The notes under the pieces: model-generated | Told to the model about the DNA's origin: nothing | The model's input: the letters and a program-made list of their open reading frames with translations, nothing else | Databases searched by the model: none | Virus record (IMG/VR): IMGVR_UViG_3300022670_000211 | Location: 1 to 62,495 of that record | Origin: a virus | Reading direction: 5' to 3' (one strand) | DNA length: 62,495 bases | Program-made: the position numbers and the translations under genes | Shown: one piece after another, positions 7,087 to 14,596 of the stretch | Layout: each line of letters opens with the position of its first letter | Position numbering within the stretch: the first letter of the stretch is position 1

Positions 7087-7297
7087 CCCTTATCATGTTA
7101 ATAATATCTGATCTCTTGCGGTTAACTTCTCGCATTAAGTATGACGTATCATCATGCGTGCGGCATGTAGCCATATGGTCAAAATCCATTTTTACTGAAC
7201 ACATTAGATAATTACATCGTTGTCTATCACCCACCTTTAAAAAGGCTTTATCTATCATTTTTCTAAGTTGTTTAGTGTTCATGATTTTACACTCCAA
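7079..7297 (-). CDS. hypothetical protein (72 aa)
   Basis: ORF overlapping its neighbours by a few nt. Confidence 0.55.
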   Translation of the reverse strand: MECKIMNTKQLRKMIDKAFLKVGDRQRCNYLMCSVKMDFDHMATCRTHDDTSYLMREVNRKRSDIINMIRGA

Positions 7298-7698
7298 TAG
7301 TCTTGACCGTCTAGGATGATAAAACAGTCTTTATCAGTTGGCGTGCTATATCGAACGCATTTAAAACTATGACCAATGTGTTTAGTGTTCGCGTCGTCAT
7401 AGTGTAGTTGTATGTCATGCTTGCGATTGTTACGCACTAGCACTAGCTTTTGATGATAAGCATTTAAAGCTAAGCGTTTAACCTCTGCCATATCATGACT
7501 GCTGTTAGTGTGAATAATAAATACTTGTTTCACACTTGATGGATCGACACTAATTGCTCGTATTGCGTGCACGTGGTAGTGATGTTCTAAACGGTCGAAT
7601 AATCGTTCCGTGTCGATCATATTCTCTAAAGCGTTGTTCGTAGCACGATACGCGCTAACTATAACGGTGTATTTCCTATCCGTATCTAAAGTGTTCAT
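7279..7698 (-). CDS. hypothetical protein (139 aa)
   Basis: ORF with AGAGG upstream. Confidence 0.65.
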   Translation of the reverse strand: MNTLDTDRKYTVIVSAYRATNNALENMIDTERLFDRLEHHYHVHAIRAISVDPSSVKQVFIIHTNSSHDMAEVKRLALNAYHQKLVLVRNNRKHDIQLHYDDANTKHIGHSFKCVRYSTPTDKDCFIILDGQDYWSVKS

Positions 7699-7750
7699 TA
7701 GTTTATACCTCTAAAAAGTAGCTAAAAGCGGGTGGCTAAAAGACACGCGC

Positions 7751-8294
7751 CCCGTGCCAAAAGTCTAAAAACTCGCCCATATGTTCAATTCATTAAGACA
7801 AGTAAACGAAATTTCGTAGATATCACACGGATATTTAACAATTACACAATATGTCGCATCTTCTAGCGCTACCGCGTCATTATTCTGGTGGCATCTAATA
7901 TACCAGTCGTGTTGTTTGATACTTGCTAAGTGTTCGTGCTTAATGTCGTTAGTTTCAATGTCCATTTGCTTACCCTCACAATGTGTTAGTTGATACACGG
8001 CTAAAGATAGACGGGCATTTGCTACTTGTCAAGGTCATTTGTCCGGTACTCGTAGCATTTGACACGGGATCAGCTACGAAATAGGGGTATTCTGTTGATT
8101 CTAATGGGTAATTGCCCACTGAGTTATACTTTAGCCACAAGGGATCGCGCTACAAGTCAATGAAAACGGGGTTATGTCCGCGGGCGCATGTATAGTGTTT
8201 TCGAAATTTTGGGCTGTGACTGGACCCGGACCCGTGGCAAAAATCACGAAAAACCGACCCCCTATGCCCCCTTTTCAGAACCTTTTTGCACGGG
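7751..8294. promoter_or_regulatory. Four copies of the motif TTT[GT]NCACGGG in a divergent control region
   Basis: 8058-8068 (+) TTTGACACGGG; 8283-8294 (+) TTTTTGCACGGG; 8231-8243 (-) TTTTTGCCACGGG; 7751-7763 (-) CTTTTGGCACGGG. Confidence 0.6.
7765..7965 (-). CDS. hypothetical protein (66 aa)
   Basis: The ATG at 7965 has GAGGGTAAGCAA-ATG; the track ORF starts at a GTG at 7998. Confidence 0.55.
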   Translation of the reverse strand: MDIETNDIKHEHLASIKQHDWYIRCHQNNDAVALEDATYCVIVKYPCDIYEISFTCLNELNIWASF

Positions 8295-8405
8295 TACCTT
8301 TAAAGAGGGTCGGACATACTCGTTTTATATTTTTCAAAAATCCGGGTAAGTGTTAACGACGAAAACTCGTCGATTCCAATATCAAATATATTTTTTATAA
8401 AATTT

Positions 8406-8436
8406 TTGCAGGAAACCATGACCCACGTACTATAAT
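8406..8436 (+). promoter_or_regulatory. Candidate sigma70 promoter for the long rightward block
   Basis: TTGCAG, a 19-nt spacer, then TATAAT (8431-8436), 35 nt before the ATG at 8471; the spacer is longer than optimal. Confidence 0.5.
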
Positions 8437-8470
8437 TAACGTACACCAAAACAAAAGACTAAGGCCACCT

Positions 8471-8827
8471 ATGAGTAACAAAGGCAAAGGGCTAACGGCT
8501 CTTATCGAGATAGATACCCTAGAAGAAAAGCACCCTACACATGTTGATGAATTCATATCCTATGGTACGGGTAATGATGACGAAGAACCAAACGAAGACT
8601 ATGCCCGTTGGGTACTCGATTACTTCCGCGGGTCGGCCATCTGTAGAATGGCTTTCCACGAATTCATGAAAGACAACTTATTGTTTTGTCGTCACAACGG
8701 CGAAAAATGGCGCGTTATTGGCGCTAGTCGATTAGGTGATATTTGGCTAACTAGTAATTTCAAACAAGATACAGGCTATGAGCTACGCGTTATGGTTGAT
8801 ACCTGCAGTTGTTGGCAACGTAAATAA
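8471..8827 (+). CDS. hypothetical protein (118 aa)
   Basis: ORF with AAGG upstream. Confidence 0.65.
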   Translation: MSNKGKGLTALIEIDTLEEKHPTHVDEFISYGTGNDDEEPNEDYARWVLDYFRGSAICRMAFHEFMKDNLLFCRHNGEKWRVIGASRLGDIWLTSNFKQDTGYELRVMVDTCSCWQRK

Positions 8828-8839
8828 GGTAACCACACT

Positions 8840-9136
8840 ATGTCTAAAACACCACCACCAAAAATCACGTACCGCTATGAAGACAAAATCGAAAACCTTC
8901 TTGACCAGTACTCGCAGCAGTTGGCAGTAGAAGACAAACTATTTGCCGAAAAGCATAAACACCTCAACCACCATGACTATGCTTGTGCCCGTGACAACGA
9001 CCCGATATTGGGCTGCATCCTCGAAGTCATTGCCAAGATATACGAAACAGCTATACCTATTGCTATCATCATTAAAGATGACCGGGTGAAGTTAAAAACT
9101 ACCGGTCCGGGATCACCTGGGGGTATCAGTCATTAA
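8840..9136 (+). CDS. hypothetical protein (98 aa)
   Basis: ORF. Confidence 0.6.
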   Translation: MSKTPPPKITYRYEDKIENLLDQYSQQLAVEDKLFAEKHKHLNHHDYACARDNDPILGCILEVIAKIYETAIPIAIIIKDDRVKLKTTGPGSPGGISH

Positions 9137-9182
9137 AAACTCAACTAAAATTTCGATCATCGTTTTAGTATTCTTTGGCTGG

Positions 9183-9626
9183 TTGTTTAGCCTCATACTA
9201 ATTTTGTCGCCATATGCCGAAGCTGCCCCTAATAATGACCTGAGATATTTTAAATTATCAGAGTTTACAGATAGTGAACCGCCGTATGATTCAAAAATGA
9301 ATCAGTCGTTTTTACTGAAACTCGACCGGCTTAGAGCATTATGCGGATTTCCGATTAATATTAAATCGGGTTACCGGTCCGAGAATCACCAAGACGAAAA
9401 AGATAAAGATAAACCTGGGACCCACACCCGAGGAATAGCGGTTGACATAATAGCTTACAACCCTCGACAAAGACTTAGCATTCTAAAGTATGCCATGCAG
9501 CTAGGATTCACAGGAATAGGTATTTATCCATTGCATATTCACCTAGACAGCCGACATGGTAAACAGGTAATATGGGTACTTGATTACTACAGCATTAACC
9601 ATGCTAGAGATAGCCCACGGAGATAA
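9183..9626 (+). CDS. Peptidase M15 (PF08291-like) cell-wall hydrolase, endolysin; the true start is probably upstream at ATT 9132
   Basis: Motifs SGYRS, THTRGIAVD, GIGIY and HIHLD (Zn ligands H/D/H); a hydrophobic leader continues in frame upstream of the TTG at 9183. Confidence 0.7.
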   Translation: MFSLILILSPYAEAAPNNDLRYFKLSEFTDSEPPYDSKMNQSFLLKLDRLRALCGFPINIKSGYRSENHQDEKDKDKPGTHTRGIAVDIIAYNPRQRLSILKYAMQLGFTGIGIYPLHIHLDSRHGKQVIWVLDYYSINHARDSPRR

Positions 9627-9631
9627 GTTTT

Positions 9632-9784
9632 ATGCCAAATGCTTCAACCACAGCAATCGAAGATTTAGAACAAATTGAAGACGAGATACAAGTCGAAAAA
9701 CCTAAGAAAAGAAATAAACAAGTTTTCCACCGCGCTATCAAGCGTGATTACCAGCGACAGAATTTTTGCCAAAAAACGAGATAA
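9632..9784 (+). CDS. small ORF (50 aa, not in track)
   Basis: ATG with GGAG 9 nt upstream; my translation is MPNASTTAIEDLEQIEDEIQVEKPKKRNKQVFHRAIKRDYQRQNFCQKTR. Confidence 0.4.
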   Translation: MPNASTTAIEDLEQIEDEIQVEKPKKRNKQVFHRAIKRDYQRQNFCQKTR

Positions 9785-9791
9785 TGCTATT

Positions 9792-10031
9792 ATGAAAACA
9801 CCTCAAATGAAAGTAAACGACAAAGGCGATAAAGAGTGGCTTCTAAACGGAAAAGCCCACAGAGAAGATGGACCATCACAGGAATGCGCCGACGGGGGTA
9901 AATTTTGGCACATCAACGACCGACTTCACAGAGAAGATGGTCCAGCGTGTGAATACGCCGACGGTCGTAAAGATTGGTACCTAAACGGTAAAGAACATAC
10001 CGAAGAAGAATTTAACTTAGTGGTCAACTAG
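9792..10031 (+). CDS. MORN-repeat (variant) protein
   Basis: Repeats W..NGK.HREDGP with DG.K.W; the ATG at 9792 is preferred over the TTG at 9675 of the track ORF. Confidence 0.6.
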   Translation: MKTPQMKVNDKGDKEWLLNGKAHREDGPSQECADGGKFWHINDRLHREDGPACEYADGRKDWYLNGKEHTEEEFNLVVN

Positions 10032-10045
10032 ATAAGGCAACCCTA

Positions 10046-10360
10046 ATGAGCGAAAACAATGAAAAATATCCCGAGAAGTCTGATGAATGTCCGATTAATT
10101 GGAATACCTACATTGAAGAATGTGAAAACCAAGTTTTCTTAGCGCGTGAAGTAAAACGCCTTATGAGAATTAATGACGCATTTGAATTTCGCTCAAGTCT
10201 AGCCTATGCTTTTGGCTATGGTGACGCTATGGGCGGGGTCGATTTTGACGGCGAATTCTGTATCGAAGATATCCATATTGAACAAGATGACGACGACAAG
10301 TGGACCGCCATGCGCCGCGAAGATGAACCTACAAAAGATGATGATGATGACCAATTATAA
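10046..10360 (+). CDS. very acidic hypothetical protein (104 aa)
   Basis: ORF; the C-terminus contains DDDDK and DDDDDQL. Confidence 0.6.
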   Translation: MSENNEKYPEKSDECPINWNTYIEECENQVFLAREVKRLMRINDAFEFRSSLAYAFGYGDAMGGVDFDGEFCIEDIHIEQDDDDKWTAMRREDEPTKDDDDDQL

Positions 10361-10769
10361 AAAATACTTAATACTCGCAGCCATAATAACGACCCTTACG
10401 GGTTGTTCTGCTTTAGGCAGTATGGGATCTTTTTTCGGCAAAAAGCCATCAATCGAGGTCAATGCTAATGTTGGTAAAAATGTTAAGCAAGAAAAGTCGC
10501 AAGTTAAGATCGAAACTCATAAGACAGAACAGACAGCGGAAAACATATCGAATGATACAAGTTACCAAGCCAAAACCATTAACCAAATTACTCAAGATAT
10601 ACCGCCGTATATTATCGGGCTACTGATACTAGGCTTTGGCTGGCTAATACCAGATCCAATGCAATGCTACAAGGGTGTAAAGTTCCTGATATACGATATC
10701 ACTAACAGTTTCTTTGTGGTGCCTGGGAAAGCTATAATTAGATTTTTTAGTACATGGCGAAATGGCTAA
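10338..10769 (+). CDS. lipoprotein with a C-proximal transmembrane segment (unimolecular-spanin-like)
   Basis: MMMMTNYKKYLILAAIITTLTG-C lipobox; later TMD YIIGLLILGFGWLI; the track ORF 10206-10769 has an implausible N-extension. Confidence 0.55.
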   Translation: MMMMTNYKKYLILAAIITTLTGCSALGSMGSFFGKKPSIEVNANVGKNVKQEKSQVKIETHKTEQTAENISNDTSYQAKTINQITQDIPPYIIGLLILGFGWLIPDPMQCYKGVKFLIYDITNSFFVVPGKAIIRFFSTWRNG

Positions 10770-11076
10770 CGTAGGTAGGGCTAGGTTCCGACAAATGTAT
10801 CGTAATCTAGTCATCAGGATCGCACAAAGAGAAATCGACGAAGACGAGGCTAAACAAATGAAACTTTTTAAAGATATAAGATTACACATAAAATTAATAT
10901 GGGTAGCGATACTAATATTAGCTCTACTGCAGCTATCTGGTTGTTCTGGCAACTATCGTTTAGGCGATACTTCTAAAATTTATTGCGCTGCAGTCACCTA
11001 TGACCCAGCCAAACAACTAGAAGTCACCACAGTTAAAAGCGGCGACGATACTATCGAAACTACTGTCGAGCACTAG
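10762..11076 (+). CDS. membrane or lipobox protein (spanin-type candidate)
   Basis: ATGGCTAA overlap with the upstream stop; the internal ATG at 10858 (GAGG upstream) would give MKLFKDIRLHIKLIWVAILILALLQLSG-C with lipobox LSGC. Confidence 0.5.
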   Translation: MANVGRARFRQMYRNLVIRIAQREIDEDEAKQMKLFKDIRLHIKLIWVAILILALLQLSGCSGNYRLGDTSKIYCAAVTYDPAKQLEVTTVKSGDDTIETTVEH

Positions 11077-11094
11077 CTCAATAAGGAAAAACAT

Positions 11095-11661
11095 ATGCCT
11101 GTTAGTACAAAAAGTCACGACTTTCAATTAGTAGTATTTAACGCTAAATATAGCGACGACAGACAGGGATACGAGGAGTCCGAAAGAGATAACGCTGCAC
11201 TGACCCTAGTATCAGATAATATAGTCCTCAATATGACAGCCTTAGAAATGTATGCGGCGAGGTCCACGATCAAGGCCACTTGTATGTGTACAGGTGGCGA
11301 AGTAAATGTAGGTATAGTACGAATGGAGTGCCCAGGGTTTAGCTATATATCTATGGCATTAATCGATGGGGTTAAGGTACGTTACGAGAACTTACACGAA
11401 GCCTTTGAGTTTGGTCTGCGAAGTATAGAACAAAAAAACCTTGAGATACTAGAACTAAGACTTCAAGCGAGAAGCGCATTAAAAAACCTAGCTTATGCGC
11501 TAGGTAGCGGGGATGACCATAAGCGAATTGGGTATTGTATCGATATTGTAGACTCCAAAGAAGAACCTATTTTAGATGTTAGCCAGATTAAAGTTAAAGC
11601 AACTAACGCAAAAGTAGAAGAATCTTTCACCACAGGGTATGCTGAGGAAAAAGGGTCCTAA
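11095..11661 (+). CDS. hypothetical protein upstream of TerL; paralogue of 1599-2063
   Basis: Paralogy blocks as listed for 1599-2063; the C-terminal peptide AKVEESFTTGY is shared with the scaffold N-terminus. Confidence 0.6.
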   Translation: MPVSTKSHDFQLVVFNAKYSDDRQGYEESERDNAALTLVSDNIVLNMTALEMYAARSTIKATCMCTGGEVNVGIVRMECPGFSYISMALIDGVKVRYENLHEAFEFGLRSIEQKNLEILELRLQARSALKNLAYALGSGDDHKRIGYCIDIVDSKEEPILDVSQIKVKATNAKVEESFTTGYAEEKGS

Positions 11662-13325
11662 TGGCAATAGACTATCTAAATCCCGACTACACCAACGTAT
11701 TTGTACAGCGCCAGCTAAAGCTACAGGAAATAAGACAAAACCCCGAGCTATTGGCCGCGCTAAAATTATACTATCGTGATAATCCGTGGGACTTTATAAG
11801 CGACTGGGGTTTTACCTTTGACCCGAGACAAATAGAAAAAGGCCTCCTGCCTAATATCCCGTTTATTGTTTGGCCAAAACAAGAAGAATATCTACGCTGG
11901 ATTGATCAGCAATGGAAAAACGGCGAGTACGGCCTTGTTGAAAAATCCCGAGATTGTGGGGTTACTTGGCTATCCGTGGCTTATTCCTGCTCTAACTGGT
12001 TATTCATCGACGGGTTTAGTGTCGGGTTCGGTAGTGCTAAAGAAGATAAGGTCGACAAAAAAGGCGACCCGGACTGTATTTTTGAAAAAATTAGATTTTT
12101 CTTAAACCACGTACCGCCCGAGTTCATGCCCGCAGATTATCAAGAGCGTGTGCATAGCGGCTTTATGAAGATGATTAACCCTAACAATGGTGCAACTATC
12201 ACCGGTGATGCTGGTGATCAGATTGGTCGAGGTGGCCGTAAATCGATTTACTTCGTGGATGAATCCGCATTCGTAGAGCGTCAAATGGCCGTAGCTAACT
12301 CACTATCCCAGGCTACTAACTGTCAAATTGATATCAGTACCTTTAATGGTAACGGCAACTTGTTCTATAGAAATTCCCTCAAGTTCCATGGCACCAGAAG
12401 AAAATTTATATTCGATTGGCGCGATGACCCGCGTAAAGATGATGCTTGGTACCAGAAACAGAAAGACGAACGCGACCCGATTACTGTTGCACAGGAAATT
12501 GATCGCGATCCTAATGCTTCTGCAGAAGACGTATTTATTCCTTCTCAGTGGGTCCAGGCTGCTCTTGACCTTCACCTATTAATCAAAGTATTACCTACAG
12601 GGATCAAGGTTACTGCTTTTGACCCTGCCGACACTGGTGATGCTAAAGCAATTTGCTCAAGGCATGGTTACGTCGTAACTGCTGCAGAACTGCTAAATGA
12701 CGGTGATATTACTCAAGCTATACCATGGGCATACAATCGCGCTTATCTTAATCAGAGTGAGGTTTTAACCTATGACGCGGACGGTATGGGCGCGCCGGTA
12801 ATGAAGATGGCCTTTGGTAATTACAAAGATACCCGATTAGCGTTTAAGACGTTTTACGGGTCCGGGGTGATTGAGGATCCTAATAAACGCTATGGCGAGA
12901 AACCTGATGATACACCCTTGGAACGTAAAGCTCTTAAAAAGAATAAAGATACGTTCTTGAATTTTAGATCCCAGGCCGCAACATGGTTAAGGGACCGGTT
13001 CGAGAATGCGTATATTGTCCGCAAACAAATTGAAGCGGGTGGTATGGTACTGGATATCGACTTCGATAACTTGATCTCGATTGATTCGACTTGTGTGAAT
13101 AAGTTTGAACTGGTCGCGGAATTGTCTAGGCCTAAACGCCTTTGGACGAATAATGGCAAGATTAAAGTCGAGGGTAAAAAAGAAATGAAGGCTAGACAGA
13201 TTGAGTCGCCTAACTTATTTGACGCTCTTATGATGTGCATGGCCACTAAAACCGCGGTAGTCAAAAAGAGACCTCAAGGAAGAAGTAGAAGTATTCGTGC
13301 CAGGGACCCTGGCGTAGGCATGTAG
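11661..13325 (+). CDS. terL: terminase large subunit
   Basis: ATPase region VEKSRDCGVTW and IYFVDE; nuclease region AFDPADTGDAKA; size 554 aa. Confidence 0.85.
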   Translation: MAIDYLNPDYTNVFVQRQLKLQEIRQNPELLAALKLYYRDNPWDFISDWGFTFDPRQIEKGLLPNIPFIVWPKQEEYLRWIDQQWKNGEYGLVEKSRDCGVTWLSVAYSCSNWLFIDGFSVGFGSAKEDKVDKKGDPDCIFEKIRFFLNHVPPEFMPADYQERVHSGFMKMINPNNGATITGDAGDQIGRGGRKSIYFVDESAFVERQMAVANSLSQATNCQIDISTFNGNGNLFYRNSLKFHGTRRKFIFDWRDDPRKDDAWYQKQKDERDPITVAQEIDRDPNASAEDVFIPSQWVQAALDLHLLIKVLPTGIKVTAFDPADTGDAKAICSRHGYVVTAAELLNDGDITQAIPWAYNRAYLNQSEVLTYDADGMGAPVMKMAFGNYKDTRLAFKTFYGSGVIEDPNKRYGEKPDDTPLERKALKKNKDTFLNFRSQAATWLRDRFENAYIVRKQIEAGGMVLDIDFDNLISIDSTCVNKFELVAELSRPKRLWTNNGKIKVEGKKEMKARQIESPNLFDALMMCMATKTAVVKKRPQGRSRSIRARDPGVGM

Positions 13326-13616
13326 TTATTTAGGTAGGTTACGAGATTTTTTCTTTTGCTTTTCCGCTTGGCTGATCTTTCTACTTTGTCTATATCGGAT
13401 ATATATTAAGATCAGTTTTTCAATTATAAATAGAATACCGCCAATACATGAAATCATTAAAGCATAATCGGTCATAGCCCATGGTTGGACTGCGATATCT
13501 TGTGCTACAGTTAGCCCAAGAGTACTAAAAATTGACGTTAAACCGATTCTATCCGCAAATACGTCGAGGGCTTCTACGTTAATCGATTTAGATAACTCTA
13601 TGATTTTTGCTAGCAT
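13326..13616 (-). CDS. holin-like small membrane protein (96 aa)
   Basis: Hydrophobic segments IGLTSIFSTLGLTV and YALMISCIGGILFIIEKLILIYI, then a strongly basic tail RYRQSRK..KQKKKSRNLPK; the only minus-strand gene in the late block. Confidence 0.5.
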   Translation of the reverse strand: MLAKIIELSKSINVEALDVFADRIGLTSIFSTLGLTVAQDIAVQPWAMTDYALMISCIGGILFIIEKLILIYIRYRQSRKISQAEKQKKKSRNLPK

Positions 13617-13709
13617 ACTGAGGCGTCCTAGTAAATAATTTTATAAGTTAAAATTTTATGTTAATATACGAATCACACTTATACTTTAATATAGCTTAGG
13701 ATAATGATT

Positions 13710-13895
13710 ATGCCACATGGTAAAGGTTATGGGAACGACAAAAAGATGCCCAAGAAAAAAGGTAAGAAATATAACGGTAACGATATGGGTTACGAAAGTG
13801 GCTTTGAAGGCGGAATGCCTGTTACACAAAGCGAAGAGAGTTATTTCAGACCTATGGATTCATACCCAGGCGGTAAAAACCCGCACGAATACTAG
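13710..13895 (+). CDS. small Gly/Lys-rich protein (61 aa)
   Basis: ORF; AGGA lies 8 nt before the second ATG. Confidence 0.45.
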   Translation: MPHGKGYGNDKKMPKKKGKKYNGNDMGYESGFEGGMPVTQSEESYFRPMDSYPGGKNPHEY

Positions 13896-13934
13896 AATTC
13901 TAAACTAACTAAAACTTTTTTAAGGTGACCAATT

Positions 13935-14297
13935 ATGTCAGGACAAACAGTACTTTTAGCCGCGGCAGACTCTACAGGTGTAGGGGTAGTTAAAACTTTT
14001 AGTCGCCTAATCGATAAACATGCGGTACAAGTTGTTACAACCGGTGACCCGACAGCGGTTACGATTCTTTTAGAGGGTAGCCTTGATGGTACTAACTTTG
14101 ATATTATCGGCACCCACGCTTTAACTGCAGCGGATATAGTAAATGATGGAGCTATATTTTTTGACGTAGATAGCCCGTGTTTACATGTAAGATTAAATCT
14201 AACCGTGCTAACTGCAGGTACATCACCAACCATAACGGCCATCTATGAAGGTATGCAAACTGGTGACTATCAATCAGGCCTCCACAGGGTAACCTAG
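13935..14297 (+). CDS. hypothetical virion-module protein (120 aa)
   Basis: ORF with AAGGTG upstream. Confidence 0.6.
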   Translation: MSGQTVLLAAADSTGVGVVKTFSRLIDKHAVQVVTTGDPTAVTILLEGSLDGTNFDIIGTHALTAADIVNDGAIFFDVDSPCLHVRLNLTVLTAGTSPTITAIYEGMQTGDYQSGLHRVT

Positions 14298-14300
14298 CTA

Positions 14301-14594
14301 ATGGCTGAAAACTGGACGCCTAAGGCTATAGACCTCGCTGATAATATTTCCACAGTATCGCCTACGTCGGTGATAGTTCGTGGGTATTATGTCAATACAA
14401 CCATATCAGCCCACGTTACCAATATTGACGACGGCGCTACTACTATCTTTAAAATCCCTGCTAGTCTTGCTGCAGGTACTGTAGTAGAGTTCGCATCCGA
14501 TGAAGGGGTCATATTCGCAACTAGCCTTATAATTGATCCTGACGATTCAGCTACAGGTAACATAACAATTCTCTATAAAGAACGAGTGCAATAG
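14301..14594 (+). CDS. hypothetical virion-module protein (97 aa)
   Basis: ORF tightly coupled to its neighbours. Confidence 0.6.
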   Translation: MAENWTPKAIDLADNISTVSPTSVIVRGYYVNTTISAHVTNIDDGATTIFKIPASLAAGTVVEFASDEGVIFATSLIIDPDDSATGNITILYKERVQ

Positions 14595-14596
14595 CC

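Noticed and set aside
7745-7770. Whether TGGCAC within CTTTTGGCACGGGGCGCG is a sigma54 -24 element
   Set aside because: No TTGC-type -12 element lies at the required 4-5 nt spacing. The other three motif copies lack TGGCAC.
8174-8356. 60-aa ORF (+) in the 7999-8470 gap
   Set aside because: It has no convincing RBS. The predicted peptide is Pro/Gly/Phe-rich with no features, and it spans three copies of the TTT[GT]NCACGGG motif. More likely it is regulatory DNA or RNA, though I cannot strictly exclude a small gene.
9632-10031. Possible +1 frameshift at CCAAAAAACG joining the 50-aa ORF to the MORN ORF
   Set aside because: The A-run is suggestive, but the MORN domain has its own ATG at 9792 right after the small ORF's stop at 9784. 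The TTG-started track ORF (9675) has no RBS and encodes a basic junk-like leader. Two separate genes is the simpler reading.
10206-10769. The longest-ORF version of the lipoprotein gene (187 aa)
   Set aside because: The N-terminal 44 residues overlap the acidic protein gene in another frame and have no RBS. The ATG cluster at 10338 gives a canonical lipoprotein signal peptide.
13892-14242. Long antisense ORFs inside virion genes (also 17655-17981, 18063-18755, 25059-25466, 31118-32089, 33062-33328 and others)
   Set aside because: They lie fully within much longer ORFs that contain recognisable motifs. They have Ala/Ser/Pro-rich low-complexity translations typical of the reverse frame of GCN/ACN-rich genes, and they have no RBS.
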